A stretch of DNA of 64,000 bases from positions 1,054,001-1,118,000 of the forward strand of contig CP145411.1 of NCBI GenBank assembly GCA_036867785.1. Reading direction: 5' to 3'. A program made the position numbers and the translations under genes. The notes beneath the pieces were generated by a model. It saw only the letters and a program-made list of their open reading frames with translations. It was not told the DNA's origin and searched no databases. This document shows, piece after piece, positions 48,570-62,270 of the stretch. How positions within the stretch are numbered: position 1 is the first letter of the stretch; the number at the start of each line of letters is the position of its first letter. This DNA is from Plasmodiophora brassicae. Taxonomy: Eukaryota.

Positions 48570-51202
48570 ATGAGCGAACTCCAACGGTACCTGACTGAAT
48601 ATGCCGGCTCGCCGGGCGCCTCGCTGCGGACAGCGTCCACGTCGAATATGACGTTTCACTTTCCTGCGTTCCGATCCATCTTATGGGACAGGACGCCCCA
48701 GAGGGACTGTGACCACGTTTCCGTGCATGTCGAGCGGTTCCTACCAACGCTTGCCGTCCCTGTGGAGATCTGGGCGCAGGTCCTGTCTCTTGCCAACTCT
48801 CCTGGGGACCTCGGCACGCTGCATGGCGAGTATCGCTGCGATCCAGGGGACGCTCACGTCTTCACTGTTGACGAGTTCCGGTCGGCACTGATGACCACTT
48901 CGTCCCGCGATACTATCTCTGTCAAGGTCACGCGGCCCGCTCACCTGCAAGTACCTGCTTACTGATGTCGATGCAGGTCGTAACAGGCCCGATCGATATC
49001 GAGGCCGTTGTGATCTCCTCGTTGAGGGCGCTTAAATCGCGTGAATTCCCCCGGCTTTCGAGCCTCATGTCGATTGTGTGCTCGGTTAGCCCGGGTGGCG
49101 CCCCCGGTTCCGTATCGATCGCCGGCGAGTTTGTCGTACCGTCCACGTCGCTTGCGCTCACGCGAATCAATCCGCTTGGTATTGTTGGCAACCCGCTCGG
49201 GTGCTGCCTGCAGAAGGGGAACCTGGCCCAGCGTCCCGATGCTGACTTCTCGTTCGGTTACTTAACGTTGGACCAGGTATGATGGCATCCGAGAATTCGT
49301 TGATCGCCAAGCCACTAATATGTGAACGGAACTGTCAGTTTAGGAAAGTCGTTCCGTTGCAGGATACAGATCCGCTGGCGTACAGTTGCCCGCTGGTAGG
49401 CCTCTGGGTCTACAGCGGCACTGACGAGTTGCGGCCCGATTCAGTCCATGTCTGGGCAGGATGCGTGCGATACTTGCATAACGATAGTATCGCCGAGCGC
49501 GTTTCACCTGCGCTGTTAACGTTCCTTGTTCTTGTCGCCTGTCGGTCATCGTATGCGTTTTACGAATGTCAAGCGACTGTACGTCCCAACTCGTTTCCGT
49601 ACGACGTATTATGCTGACCGGATCTCTTCCTAGGTGTCATCGTCGTTGCTCTCGCACTATACGTTTGGAGTGAAGGATCTTTCCATTGGGCGCAGTGATC
49701 GGGAATCGAATATAACCTTGCAGTGGCAGCCTGCAGTAGACGAGCTGTCGAACGTTCGTTTCTTGAACGCGCTTCAGGCCTACGAAAAAGCCCATTTCGA
49801 TTCAGTTTCCATCGCGAAGCTGGGAACGTCGTCCTTGTCACCGAAATCGATGTCGACTAAGTCGGACTCTCCTCGCGTCGTCAACAGGATGCCGCACCTA
49901 GCCTCTGTGGAACGCGCACGCTACCCAGCTTCTACCCCTCCTGACGATTCTATTCGCGCACTCACCAGCGATCGTTCAGTTTCCCCCTTGTCATCTCGAT
50001 CGGCATCTCCGTCATTCTCCAACAGAAGCACGTCGGTCCCATTGCCGAGGCCACATGTGTGTAGGGCTTGATGGGACACGTTCATGTATCTAACGCTTTG
50101 GGTAGCCGATGTACTCGCCGCATCCACATCCAAGCCCGACAACCACGCCGTTGTTTAGGAGGCGAGAATCGTTTTCCAGCCAGCCAGAACGTGCTGAACT
50201 CTCCCCGCACAAGCTCTTCGAGATGCAGCAGCAGCAGGTGTGACGTTTCGATCGTTCTCATAGCAGCGCACCTGATGCGTGTCGTCGTTTCACAGTTCGA
50301 GCTGCTGCAACACCAAGTCACTTCGCTTCAGCGGCTCTTCGAGCTGGAGACCCTGCGGCACACGCGTCCGTGCGCATGTGGCGCGAAAGTGTCCGTCTCG
50401 ACCAATACTGGGGCCAGCCTCGGTTACAATAACGTCGTCATCGCAACGAAGGAGAACGCCCAGACGAGCACCACCCTGTCTCTTATACGCGAGAAAACTC
50501 CAATCCGTACGAGTTGCCCCGCAAAGCGGCCTGTTTTCTTCTAACGGTGCACATAGATCGGGAGAGTGAGGGGGCACGTCAGAGCGGGACCGTCCGCAGC
50601 GTTCATCAATCCCGTAAGCACGCGTAACATAGCAACTTGTCGCGGACAGGGGCCCTAATCCTTGCAACAGGCAATTCCTGCGCGATTGCATCATCTGACG
50701 GCGCTATGTCGATCCTTGAGCTGAGCGATGACTACATGGAGGAGAGTCCGGTTCAGAAGCCCATATCTCCATCGCCGACGGCGTCGTCGGCACAATCATC
50801 GGGGCGTTCACATGGTGGTTTCATCTGTTTCGTGAAAGGGGGACCCTGGGCTGAATCGACTATTTAGATGTTCCACTGGTGACAGTCGACGAGCCTGAAG
50901 TGGAACCCGCCGAAGAACCTCAGGCGGAACCCGCCCAAGAGGTCCTCCCTGATGACGAACGTGCAGACAGACCTCTGTCTGTACGAGCCGATATGGTCAA
51001 TGGTGCTAACGCGACGATCGAGGACATTCCTCGCATTATGTATGCCTACACATCGGAGACGTCAGGCGACGACGAAGACGAGCAGATTACCCGAAAGTAT
51101 ATTGGTCGTCGGAGACGAGACTCTTCTTCATCGTCAAGCGACGATGACGATGTGCCCCTGTCGAGACTATCCCACTTATTTATGCGTGTGGTTGATGAAT
51201 AA
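48570..51202 (+). CDS. STIL: STIL (SCL-interrupting locus)/SAS-5-like centriole assembly protein
   Basis: FHFPAFRSILWDRTP, FGYLTLDQ|FRKVVPLQDTDPLAYSCPLVGLWV and VWAGCVRYLHNDSIAERV match STIL-N. Coiled coil QQQ|FELLQHQVTSL, SVSTNTGASL, and STAN-like DIPRIMY...ITRKY. Confidence 0.85.
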
Positions 51203-51307
51203 ATAAAGAATATAGCACTGTCCGGTCATGTGTGGTACAAGACGTCACCAGCTGCCAACGCAAACTGTGTATCAGATGAATCAAAGTGGCCATGGCCAAT
51301 GCGGCGA

Positions 51308-52050
51308 TCACGCCTCGGGACGGGGACATTTCACCTCGCGCAGGTAGGGCAGCTTGGTCTCGAAGTCGCCGAGCGTCTTCTTGGCAACGTCATCGGACAG
51401 GCTTGGAGAGACAATGCATTTGTCCCCCGGCTTCCAGTTGGCAGGCGTGGCGACCTTGGCGCGCGACGTCAACTGGCACGAATCGATCAGGCGAAGGATC
51501 TCGTCAAAGTTACGGCCTGTCGCAGCCGGGTACGCAATCATCGCCTTGACAAGCTTGTCTGGCCCAATGATGAACACGCCGCGAACCGTCAACTGTACGA
51601 AAGAGCGGCCATTGAGCATTGGGAAAGCACGTGGACAACAGCAAATAAGATGGATGTACTGACCGGTGCACCGTCCGGGTCACGGTTCGTCTGATCAAGC
51701 ATGCCCCACAGGGCGGCAATCTTACGGTCGGCGTCGGCGATAATGGGATAGTTGACGGTACAGTTCTGCGAGGATTCGATATCCTTGATCCACTTCTTGT
51801 GGCTGTCGACGTCGTCGCAGCTGAGCGCCACGACCTGGACGCCGCGCTTCGCGAACTCATCCTGCAGCTTGGCAACGCGGCCGAGTTCGGTCGTGCACAC
51901 GGGCGTGAAGTCCTTCGGGTGCGAGAACAGGCATGCCCACTTGCCCTCGATGTACTTGTGGAAGCCGATCTCGCCCTGCGTCGTCTGCGCGATGCAGTCT
52001 GGGGCCAGGTCGCCGATGCGCACCACTTTCTGCTCGATGGACGCCACCAT
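51308..52050 (-). CDS. PRDX6: 1-Cys peroxiredoxin (Prx6 class)
   Basis: FSHPKDFTPVCTTELG, YPAATGRNFDEILR and VATPANWKPG. One intron. Confidence 0.96.
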
Positions 52051-52572
52051 GCTCGCCGTGCAACCGCGCTTGAAAAATGACTGACGCTCGGACCGGCGAC
52101 CGAGATCCCGTCGTCGGCAGTTTCATTCGGACGCCCGCTTCGGAACATTCTGCGGCTCGTAATGACCCTCATTTTTGGCACCTGTGCAGTCGTCTGCGGG
52201 GTGCCTGCCCGCCATGATTTTATGAAGGCCGGCCACGGGCCTGCGATAAACCTGCGTAAAATGTTCGTGTGTCGGGCTAGTCACGGCGGCACCGAAGCGC
52301 CGACCACTGGGCAGGGCCAAGGGTTGGTAGATGCATCTGGAGCGCCAACGGGGCACCCGCGCGCGCGCGCCTCATTCCGCAGACACTCCAGTCGAGATTG
52401 AATGCCACGGTTGCTGTGGCGCTACGGTACACGCACACGCGAAGCTGTGACAAAGGTTGCTCCACGACGTTTTTGATTCGCTAGAAGGAAGCGACTGCGC
52501 ATGCCCCAGCAGCGGCAGTTACGACGTACCCCGCGATCCATATACGTAGACGGTTAGCAGCGCCTTGATACT

Positions 52573-53027
52573 TTATGACACTCGAGAAACCTCGATGCAT
52601 ATCTGGGAGATGATGCGGGTCAGCGTAACGGGCTCGAGATCAGGTCGCCGCGGGTCGAATTCGTCGTGAACCGTAACCGAGGATGTCACCGGGCGCAGGG
52701 TAATGCCGGTATGGGTCCTCTGCAAGTCCAACGCAACGTCGATGGCGGTCGGGATTGCTACCATGTCCCCCTGAGACAACGCACAACTACGGGTGCAGGA
52801 GCAGGCCGGCCCATACCTGCACCGATCCCGTATATCCGGACAACGTCGACCTTGTCGTCGAACAGCAGTCGCCGCGCCCGCATGCCCAGCATCCGCAAGG
52901 AATTGGCCCTCGACGTCCCCCGCCTCACGTAAATGTCATTGGAGCGCGCCTCCGCTCTCAGTGGCGCGCGCTTGATCCGTTTGTACGCAGCGGCGTCGTA
53001 GAGGATGTCCAGCTCGCAGTCCGACAT
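52573..53027 (-). CDS. POP7: RNase P/MRP subunit Rpp20/POP7 (Alba fold)
   Basis: NDIYV, IYGIGA|AIPTAIDVAL, TSSVTVHDEFDP and EPVTLTRIISQICI parallel human POP7. Confidence 0.82.
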
Positions 53028-53153
53028 CGGACGTGCACACAGATTCTCCGTGGCGGCACCCTGTAGGTCAGGAAACGCCGGAGCCTATACCTTAGACGAA
53101 TGGGTCCGCAGCTACGGAATGCATTGGGCAATGGACCACAACGGTTTATCCGG

Positions 53154-54317
53154 TTATTCCACAGCCGAGATAAGCGCCATCATGCCGATCCCGACGGCGA
53201 TGGCGGCGACCTCCTTGGCGGATTGTTTCGGTGTGGACTGCTGGAGCAGTTCCGGGATCACGGTGGACATGGCAATGTAGAGGAACCCGCCGGCGGTCAG
53301 CGGCAGGACCCAGGCGCCTTGAAGGTCGCCGCCGGTGAACAACCCAAGTATGGTGCCAGCCAGAGCTCCGACTGCTGTGAGGACCTGCAGCTGGATGGCC
53401 CGCTTTCGTGACACACCCGCCTGCAGCAGGATGGCGAAATCGCCAATCTCGTGAGGAATCTCGTGCAGTACAATGGCCAGCACGGTAATGAACCCGAGGC
53501 GCGAATTCGCATTGAACGACGCTCCGACAGCCAGACCTGGACACGGCCATCGGGATCAACAACGAAAACGTGAGATTGCATTGGGCGAACCGTCTGTGAA
53601 GTTGTGAGCGAAATCGGCGGCCAGGTTGAGATAGGCGGCCACTGCAAAGTGTGAAGAGGAATCCGGGCCTTTGCGCGTTGACGTATCGGCTTCCGCAGCG
53701 GGTTTCTCGCGAGACTTGGCGCCTCGATGCCGCAATGTGGACGACGACCCGTCGTTGCCGTTTCTCGCAACAGGATCGGGTTTGGCGACGGGTGCGGAAC
53801 TGTGCGAATGCCCGTGCCCAGATTCGCCCGTGAAACAATGAACCGCCTTCTCAATGATCAGGAACGCCATGATCCCAGCTAGCACCCAGAACCCCGACGT
53901 CCCATGCGAGTGCTGCGCAGCATCGTCATGGGCCGACATGTCGGCATGCGGCAACAAGTGCAGGAACACGTCGCCGAGCAGGCCGCCGACCGCGAACCCC
54001 AGCAGGACCTTCAGCCGATCCCGGTCCTTGCGGGACATGTTCACCCCCGCCTTGATCGGCAGGTACGATATGATCACAACGGGCGCCAGGCCAATGACGG
54101 CCGTGCACGCCATCGCCGTCGCCCACAGGTTCGCATCGGGTTCCGCCCTGACGCCCTGCCGCGGTACGGCCATTGGCGGCACGTGCGAATGTCCGCCGTG
54201 CGAGTGCCCATGACCGGCATGCGCATGCCCGTGCCCGGCGTGTGAATGCCCGTGCCCGTGCGCACTGGCGCACGCGCCGATTGCAGCGACGACCAGTAGG
54301 ACGTCGCCGACTCGCAT
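53154..54317 (-). CDS. LIV-1/ZIP7 (KE4/IAR1)-type zinc transporter
   Basis: Signal peptide, His-rich N-terminus, GGLLGDVFLHLLPH, AHNFTDG and HEIPHEIGDFAIL. One intron. Confidence 0.95.
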
Positions 54318-54428
54318 CGCCACGGAGGATCACGTTCCGATGAGCAGCCCGCTCTGCCTGTGACAGCGTTTCGTTTCGGACAGTCTCTGTACTACTACCG
54401 TTCCCAACATGAGCGACAGCGTCTGCGT

Positions 54429-57400
54429 TTACACGGCGTACTGGATGTCGTCTGCGTCCTGGGCAGCGGCGGCGGTGGCCTGCAGGGCGGCGGCCAGTTT
54501 CTGCTCGGCCAGGATCCGCCGGTGGCGCTCCTGTTCGAGTTCGTGGCGCAGACGGGCGATCTCGTCGTCGTCGCCGGCGCCGGTGCCGTTCCGGGGCGCC
54601 GGTGGGCGGCGCACTCGTGTCACCGATTGGCTTCGTCGGGTGAACAACCCGGCGACCATCTTCGTCAGGACCCGAGGGCCGCTGTTCTCCTTGTCGTTCC
54701 CGTTCACGGCCTTGTTCTCATCGGGGCCGTTCATGGCCGCCGCCGGCGGCACCCCCCAGCGGTTGAGCGTCCTGGTCGCATGGGTCGCCACGTGCTCTGC
54801 CTTGGCTTTTCGGATCCCGTCCCCGGATCGCATCCATCGCGACGTCGGTGGACTCGGGACTTCCTCCCACGATGGCCTAGCAGCGCCTTGGAGTTCGCTC
54901 GGTGACGCGAGGCGGAACCCGTACTTGTCATGCCGAACGTGTCGAGTCTTGGTCGCCCATAACCGGAACTGGCCGTCCTCGACGACGATCCTGTCGTAAT
55001 CGGGGCTGGAGTCGGCCACGGCCAGGCCCGGTTTGACAAAGATGGATTCGACGTTCCACTTCAGTTGGGGCTCCTTGGAGTCGGGTGCCATGACCGGATG
55101 GACGACCTGGGGCTTGAACCGCGATCGCTGGTCTGCTGACCCGAGCCGCTCCAGTACGTAATCGACGTCGTCTGAGAATGTAGACGCTGAACGGGTCTGC
55201 TCGAGCGCAGCACAAATGCGGTGCAGGGCACAGCGAGCGACCGTCCGGGCGTCTTCGTGGGACAGGCGGCGAATTTGCGCCTCGTACCGGAACGTGGCTC
55301 GGCGCGCGACCTCTTCTGCGAACGTGTGGACCCAGTCGAGGCTTGACGTCGAACTGGACATGGAGGCAATGTAGTCGACGACGGATGGAGGCAGAACGGC
55401 GGCAAGCCCCAAGTCGGGCAGGCACTTCTGCGGTGCGCCTGATGCTCGCTGCTGGAGGCATGTCAACACGACGTCGCAGAGGGAGAGTTGCAGGTGCCTG
55501 TAGAAGGCGAACAAGGCAGGGTGCCGGTGCAGGTAGAAGATCCCGTCATAAACGCAGTGCGACTTCAGGACCGGGAGGCACTGTTCACGCCGGTACGAAT
55601 CAACGGCATCGGCCGCGTCGGACATCAGGAGATTGTCGATCTCGGAGACGAGGGCGGCGATCTCCGTTGCCGAGTGCCCAAGGCTGACCAGCAGCGCCTC
55701 GCGAACATTCTTAACCGACACTGGATACGACGAACCACATTAGCAGGCCGACAACCTGACCATTTAGACGCACTTACGAACGGCGTTGAGTTGCTTGGCG
55801 ACACTTGTCGTGGTCTGCAGGCGCATCAGTTGAATAAGCTCCAGTGGTGTCGACGACGACGCGTCCGTGTCGCCATCAACGAGGCTGACAGACAACTTGT
55901 CCGACCAGTCCTTCAGCGAATCCCGCAGGGACGCGATCTGCTGTTCTATGCGCGATCGTACCGCCCCCGTCTGATCGGGCTGGCGACGAACATTCACCGA
56001 TTGGGCACCGTCAACAGTGGCACTGCGGCGTGGGGATAGCACAGCCTGAACGGTCGGACTGGAGACTTCCAGATCAGCGAACGTGTCAACCGCGATCCTG
56101 CCAGCAATTCAGCCCGACTGTTCAGTTCGGCACAACAGTTAGGCTGACCGTCGGCAGGGTTTCTTCTCGCGAGCTGGTGCCGGGGCGGGTCGTGGTTGCC
56201 CATCCAGCAGATACTGGTATTCGGCGATTATCGCTGCCGACATGAAGTCTGTCGGTACGCACAGCTGGGTGAGCGACGTCCGATTCCGGGCGATCTGGTC
56301 CACACGGTCAGCGCGTCACGACGAGGCTCTTCCGAGAAACGTCGTGTTCTCACCTGCAGAAGCCTTTGGGACACTGGATTCAGAAGAGAGTTCCCCAGCA
56401 GATGGATGCGCCGCATTGGCGACGTCTTCGAGATGGAGTCCAGCAACGTCATCGCGTCGTCCGCGCTGATCGTGCAGTCGTTCATGCATAGCACGGCCAG
56501 GGATGGGTTCCCGCGAATCGCATCAACCAAGAGCGGCATGACGCCCTCGGTGACCGTGTTCCCATCCAGCACCAGCGTCGTGATGCCCCTAACGACCACT
56601 GTTCAGTGCCGGTTGGCATTGGGAAGCCGTAACATCGTAGCGAGACCGGTTCCGGCAAAGCATCTTGGATAGTGCAGCGAACCCGTTGAACGGCAGGCGT
56701 GTGTTCTTCAGCGATAAGCTCGCGACGTGCTGGTTGTCGTCTTTGAACAGCTCTTTGGCGATTTGTACAGCCTGTGGCGGAAGAATCCGTTATGAAAGAT
56801 TTCACATCACTGGAAAAGCGAGCAACCTCTTGCTCGTTGAGAGTAACGCCCTCAAAGTCCCACGACGTGCTCAGCTCTGACAGGTATCTCTCGAGGCGTA
56901 CGGCCGCTTGAGTCTTGGGAACGGATGCCGCCCTCCGGGGCGGCATGATGGACTCTAACACCGCAGGCGGCAACGTGTCAGGCAGTGCAGACCGCCTGGA
57001 CATCACGATGGCGAACAGGTGAGCCGCTGCGACAAACTGGATCTCGTCCAGCCTAAAGTTTCACCGTCAGATCCCTGGTCAGCTAAAACGCAACGCAGGA
57101 GCGAGCAGACCTGTTGTCTCCGTCGACGTCGGCGAGGTGAATAATCCTCTCAATCTGGTCGCCTTCCAGATCGCCATTCTCGAGGAGCGCGCTTGCAGCC
57201 CGTTTCCTCGAGATGGTGTGCTCACCGTCCGGACAGACGGCTTGAAATCGTTTCGCATAGGCGTGCCTGCTGGCCGGGGCCACCTTCCACATATCGTCGT
57301 CAGGCGCGGCCACAGGGGCCGCGGGAATAGGTTCCACTCGCTGCTCAACGGGGGCTATCCTGGGGACGCCTTCGAATGGATGGTCCAGGTCGGGCAGTGG

Positions 57401-57794
57401 TAATGCTGTGCAACGCAGGGTCAGAATCGTGGGGAGATGACGCCCCCACAGACCTGTGGTAGGCACGCATACACGTAATCGTTTTCGCGTTGTCGGCCGT
57501 TGGCTCATAGCCTTGCTGACAGAGGGCGATGAGACGCATCGCAATGTAGAAACGCTCTCGAGACAGAACGCCGTTTTGACTAACGCCCGCGAGCCGCCAG
57601 ATCTGCTGCCCAATCAGTACCTGCTTCGAGCGTGCGCCGTCGGTGCGTATTACATGCGCCAGTGTGCCACGAGGAAGCCGCGACCGAATGAACAGGTCAT
57701 GGGCGGCGCGCGGCTGGTCGTCGGATCGGGTGACGCCGTCGAACAGGTGGTCGAACAGGGCCGTCTCGATCGGGGTCAGGCACAGGAACGCCAT
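54429..57794 (-). CDS. Two EH domains + LRRs + uncharacterised C-terminal domain
   Basis: EH1 (SRLPRGTLAH|IWRLA...LSRERFYIAMRLI), EH2 (IIHLADVDGDNR|LDEIQFVAAAHL...LPDTLPP) and LRRs (TTLVLDGNTV, RIHLLGNSL). The exons splice in frame into ORF 54429..55721. Confidence 0.75.
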
Positions 57795-58322
57795 TCGGCG
57801 AGAGCTGCGAGCAAGAATTCGGCCGAGATGCGTATCACAGTGCGCTGACTACAACCGAACACGTTAGTGGGGGTTGCATCCCGCCGAGTTCACCTCCCAC
57901 TATACGATGCGGCGGTTGGCGCTGCGCCCTGCTGCGATCCACTTATCAACGACGGCGGCGTCCTCGACCTCGTCGCTCCCCGCCCCAAAACGAACGACGT
58001 AAACGTAAATCGCCACGGCGATGGCCGCGCTTCGCTCATGGCGATTCAGACAACGCAGGACGCCAGGCGCGACCAGCCCCACTGTGACGCTGCCGGCAGA
58101 TGCCTCCACTGTCAGTGCACACATGTACTGGTTTTCAGGAGCATGAACACCGCTTCGTTCTGCGAGCACGACGTACGCGTACGTCGATAACGAGAGGTAA
58201 GGCGCTGGCTGGCTGGAGACTTGGGGGAGACGGGATCGTGCCGGTGGCGCCGGGGCGGGGGACACATTTTGTTCGCGTCCGTCGCCAGCGAAAAAGTGGT
58301 TGGAGTCGTTGGTCGATGGACG

Positions 58323-61300
58323 ATGGCAGACAGCAGGCTGTCCGGGTCACACGTACGCCGGATCGAGGGTCATGTGCCTGGCTGGCGTAGAGGCGCGTCT
58401 GCCGCCGCTGCCTTGGCCTGCATCGTGGCCGGGGTCGTCCTGGTCGCGCTGGCGTACGTTCTTGCGTCTCCGCCCAGCGGCCTCTGCCAGATGTCGTACT
58501 CGAAGCCGCGCTATGCTCGAACCATACTGCCATCGTCGGCGACAATCGACCGGCTTCCATCGACGTACGCGCTGTATACGTATACGGATGGATTTGCTCA
58601 ATATACCATGGTACTTCGCATCTGGCCGTCAGGTTTGAGTCTGTCGTCTAAGTTCCCGCACTTAGAGCCCGGAATCCGATTCCCTGACAATCATTGTGTT
58701 CTTCCCTGGGAACGTCGGCAGCTACAAACAGTATCGGTCGATAGCGTCACGAATTATCCGCTACATTCCCGAAGGCATGCTCGTAAGGGGGTTTGACTGC
58801 CACCCCGATCGTCCTGATCTGCCTGAGCGATCCCCTTTAGAGAGATGCGGTGGAGCACTACACGTTCGACTTTGGCGAGGAATTCTCTGCTCTTTCAGCA
58901 TTGTCGCTGCAGTCGCAAGTCGAGTTTGCATCCGCGACGCTGACCGCGCTGGTCCAGAGCCGAATAACGGCTCTGGATATCGACCGAGTCAGTCCAGAAT
59001 GATCTTTCGTACTTGAACCGTCGGTGCTGAAATCGTCATTGTAGTCGACCGTGTCGGTCATCTTGATTGGGCACAGCATGGGCGGGTCCGTTGCCACAGC
59101 GCTCTTCATGATGCCAGACTTCCCAGCCGAGCTCGTGTCAGCAATCTATATCCTTGGTAGTCCACTGCGGTCGGTTCTTGCCATTCTCCTAAGAATGGCA
59201 TCGTTCTGATGCCGTTGCAGGGCCCCGGTACTGACTACCGAGTTCGCCTTGCATGATTTCTACCATGCGCATCGACGCTTCTGGACATCTGCAACAGCGA
59301 CAGGTGAAGGATGCCGTGCCACGAGTACCGGGCTGTCCACGTGACCGTTCTACTTAGGTGGGTCGCCAGTCCTGCAAGACATTCTCTGTGTCTCTGTGTC
59401 TGGGGGAACAGGCGATTTAATGGTCGAGAGCAGCCTTTCTGACATGACTGGTATTTTCAACGGTCGACATTCCATTTCGGTTGAAGCCTCCCAGATTCCT
59501 GACGTAGATGTCCCCGTTGAACATCAGGTTTCTCGTCACGGTCTCTGTCGGACCTCAATGCTAACTACGTTGTAGGTGCTCGTCTGGTGCTCTGAATTAG
59601 TGGAGGTCATTTCCAATTCTGTCCTGACCATGATCGATCTTGATGCCGAATCGCCTCACGATCGCGTGTTACGTCGTGGCAGGCTAGCATCAGCAGAATT
59701 GTCACGGTACGTGGATCAAGTACCACTCAAGTTCACTGCCTGACACGGGCATACAGGTTTTCGTATCGGTGGCACAGAACACTAAGGAACGTCGTTGAAC
59801 GTCAGCTTAGCGCTTCCCTTGCATCGCCTGTACGTAACCGTTGCGTAGCGTGTATAGCTTTGGTTCACCCTTTACGATAGGCTTCAGACACGTCAAATTT
59901 CGACCTTGCCAGTTCCGATGATTATGATCGCATATCGATTACTGCCCCGTGGTCTGATTCTGACGTGGAAGTGTCTTCCTGCATCATATTTTCCAATGTG
60001 AGGCACGCGGGCGTCGAGGTGTGCAAGCAAGGAGTGTGCAACGTATCGATGCGCCTTTATGTTCCTTCGTTTGTATTCTGTGGCTGACGCTGTGCGTAGG
60101 CGGTATCTGGATTCCCTGAAGCTGATTTCCGCGACTCTAGAAGTGGTCGCCGCTACGTGGCGTTCCTGCTTTCGGAGCATCTTCTCGGTACCGTATCATT
60201 TTATATCAGTAGGCCCCTACTGAAAACACGCCAGGTTTCGACCAGATTCTGTTCATGGTGCCTCCATTCAATCGGACAGCCTCTTGGGGGCCAAGGGTTT
60301 GGGGCACTTTTCACAGAAGCTCTCTACCTGTTCACCGTAAGGCAGGCAACGTGTTCTTGTAAGTTCACCTTAACTTATCTGACATCCAGGACACTGGGGC
60401 AGTTTCGTTGTCGACACTACGTCGATCGTGCTCGTGGCAATCGATAACCCTCTTCGGACTGACCTGTTTTGTGAGGTGGCCATACATGTTCTTCAATGTG
60501 AAACGAAGGGTGAGAAGATAGATTTCTACCTCGCTGAAAAGACTGAAACATGGGATGACTCTAATGATTCTATGTAATGATTAGAGCATGATGCGCCAAT
60601 TCATGCGGTTGGTCTGATTTCATCCGATAACCGAGGCCTTCATCAAGGCGCCGTTGTTCACGAAGGTGCCGACAAGGTAAGTCGCAGGAATGTAACCGGA
60701 CGTGTCAGTGCTTAGGATACGTGATACAGGCGGTACGGTTTTACCGCACAGCTACAGACACGTCAAAGATTATCGCCATGTTCTCATTGGATCCCCAATG
60801 TCGCTACAAGGCAAGGCGATGATCGGTATGCTAAACGCCTACTCTGACAACGTTGTCTGTAGCTGTCGATGCAACCTCAAACTGTTCGTTCCAGTCTGTC
60901 AACTTTGTTTCACGACTTTCCGATTGTTGGTCGACCACTGTGGAATGCCATCCTCCCGAGTACTGACACTCGATGTGCAAGGTTCCACAACTCTTCATCG
61001 CTCTTCTGTTCGCGCTCCTTTCGTTTCAGACCATATTTGTCCACTGTAGGCATATCGAACGGAACTAGTCCAACGCTGGTATTGACTGTTTCACAGGGTA
61101 TATGCTGCAGCGGGATCCAAAGCGTGGCTTCTGGCTGCGTGAGATCGTGCTAAAGAATTCCTTTCGCATCGCCTGTGCCGACGTGGGTGTTGCTATTATC
61201 CTTCCCACCATTCTGGACTTCCGGATTCCAGACCGTATGCAACCTATGCGGTGCTGTTCCACTACCAAGTGACGTTCTCTGCGCAGGTGGTCCTGCGTCC

Positions 61301-62162
61301 TCGATCCCTATTCCTACGACACAATCTGTGTGGGCATTGCTTTCGTCGTGCACTGCGGCGGTCGCTCTGTTTGGTATGCTTGCCTGGTGCTGGCTCTCCG
61401 GCCAACGGCTCACACCATACGGCAGATGCTGTTCTTGATTACGTATCGCGCTTCACATTATCGTATGCGAACAAATGGGAGCTCGTGCCAAGCCGTCGGC
61501 AGACGATACGTATGCCGGTCCCATCAGCAAGCGTGCGTGTGTTTCTGCTGCTCTGACGGCTGCTTCAGTTGTGTCCGTTTTCTGTGCATCCTTTCCGTTA
61601 TACTTTCTGGTGTCCCCTGGGCTCTATTCGGTGATCGCAGGCGCAACAGCGACCCTGGACTTTCTGGTTCTCAGTGGACACGACCTTGTTGCACCTCGTG
61701 CTCTGCGGGCAACGTGGCTTCTGGTCCACTTCGGTCGGATCGTGTTTCACGTACGTGCTGGATGGCTGAGGCTGACAGATCACTATCAGGGTTACTACAG
61801 TCTTGCATTCCTCGCTGGTCGGCATACACGATTCCAAACCCGCTGTCTTCCGTGTCAAACCTATTTGCGTTCATCGTGTTCCTGCTGACCAACTGGACAT
61901 TCATCATCGGCCCTGCGATCCTGTCCCCGTTCGCTTTCCACTGGACTGTCCCAGGTTGCATGGCAACCTTCAGCCTCACTGTCCTCACGTGGGCGCCAAG
62001 GTACGACGACCGACACACGCCCGCCTGGCCGCATCGCCCCTGGCCGACACGTCTGCTCCTAGGTCGATCGCCATCTTCCCAGCGGTTACCGTATCGATCT
62101 GGTGTTTCGCGGCAGCGCTGTACGCCGCCCGGGACTATGGCAGAAGAGCACATAACGAATAG
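58323..62162 (+). CDS. PGAP1: GPI inositol-deacylase (PGAP1/Bst1); 3' extent uncertain, 60.6-62.2 kb may be a separate membrane-protein gene
   Basis: TM followed by CQMSYSKPRY, VFFPGNVGSYKQYRSIAS, lipase motif LIGHSMGG, CVSVSGG and EHQ|VLVWC. Multi-TM exons downstream. Confidence 0.8.
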
Positions 62163-62270
62163 AACTCTGCGCTGTAAGTGTAGGCATGTGTCGCCTGGCC
62201 CTGCGCGTCGCGTTCGCAGTATTGTCCGTGAGCGTGACAGGCTGACGGGCAGAGCGGGCGCGTGGTGGCC

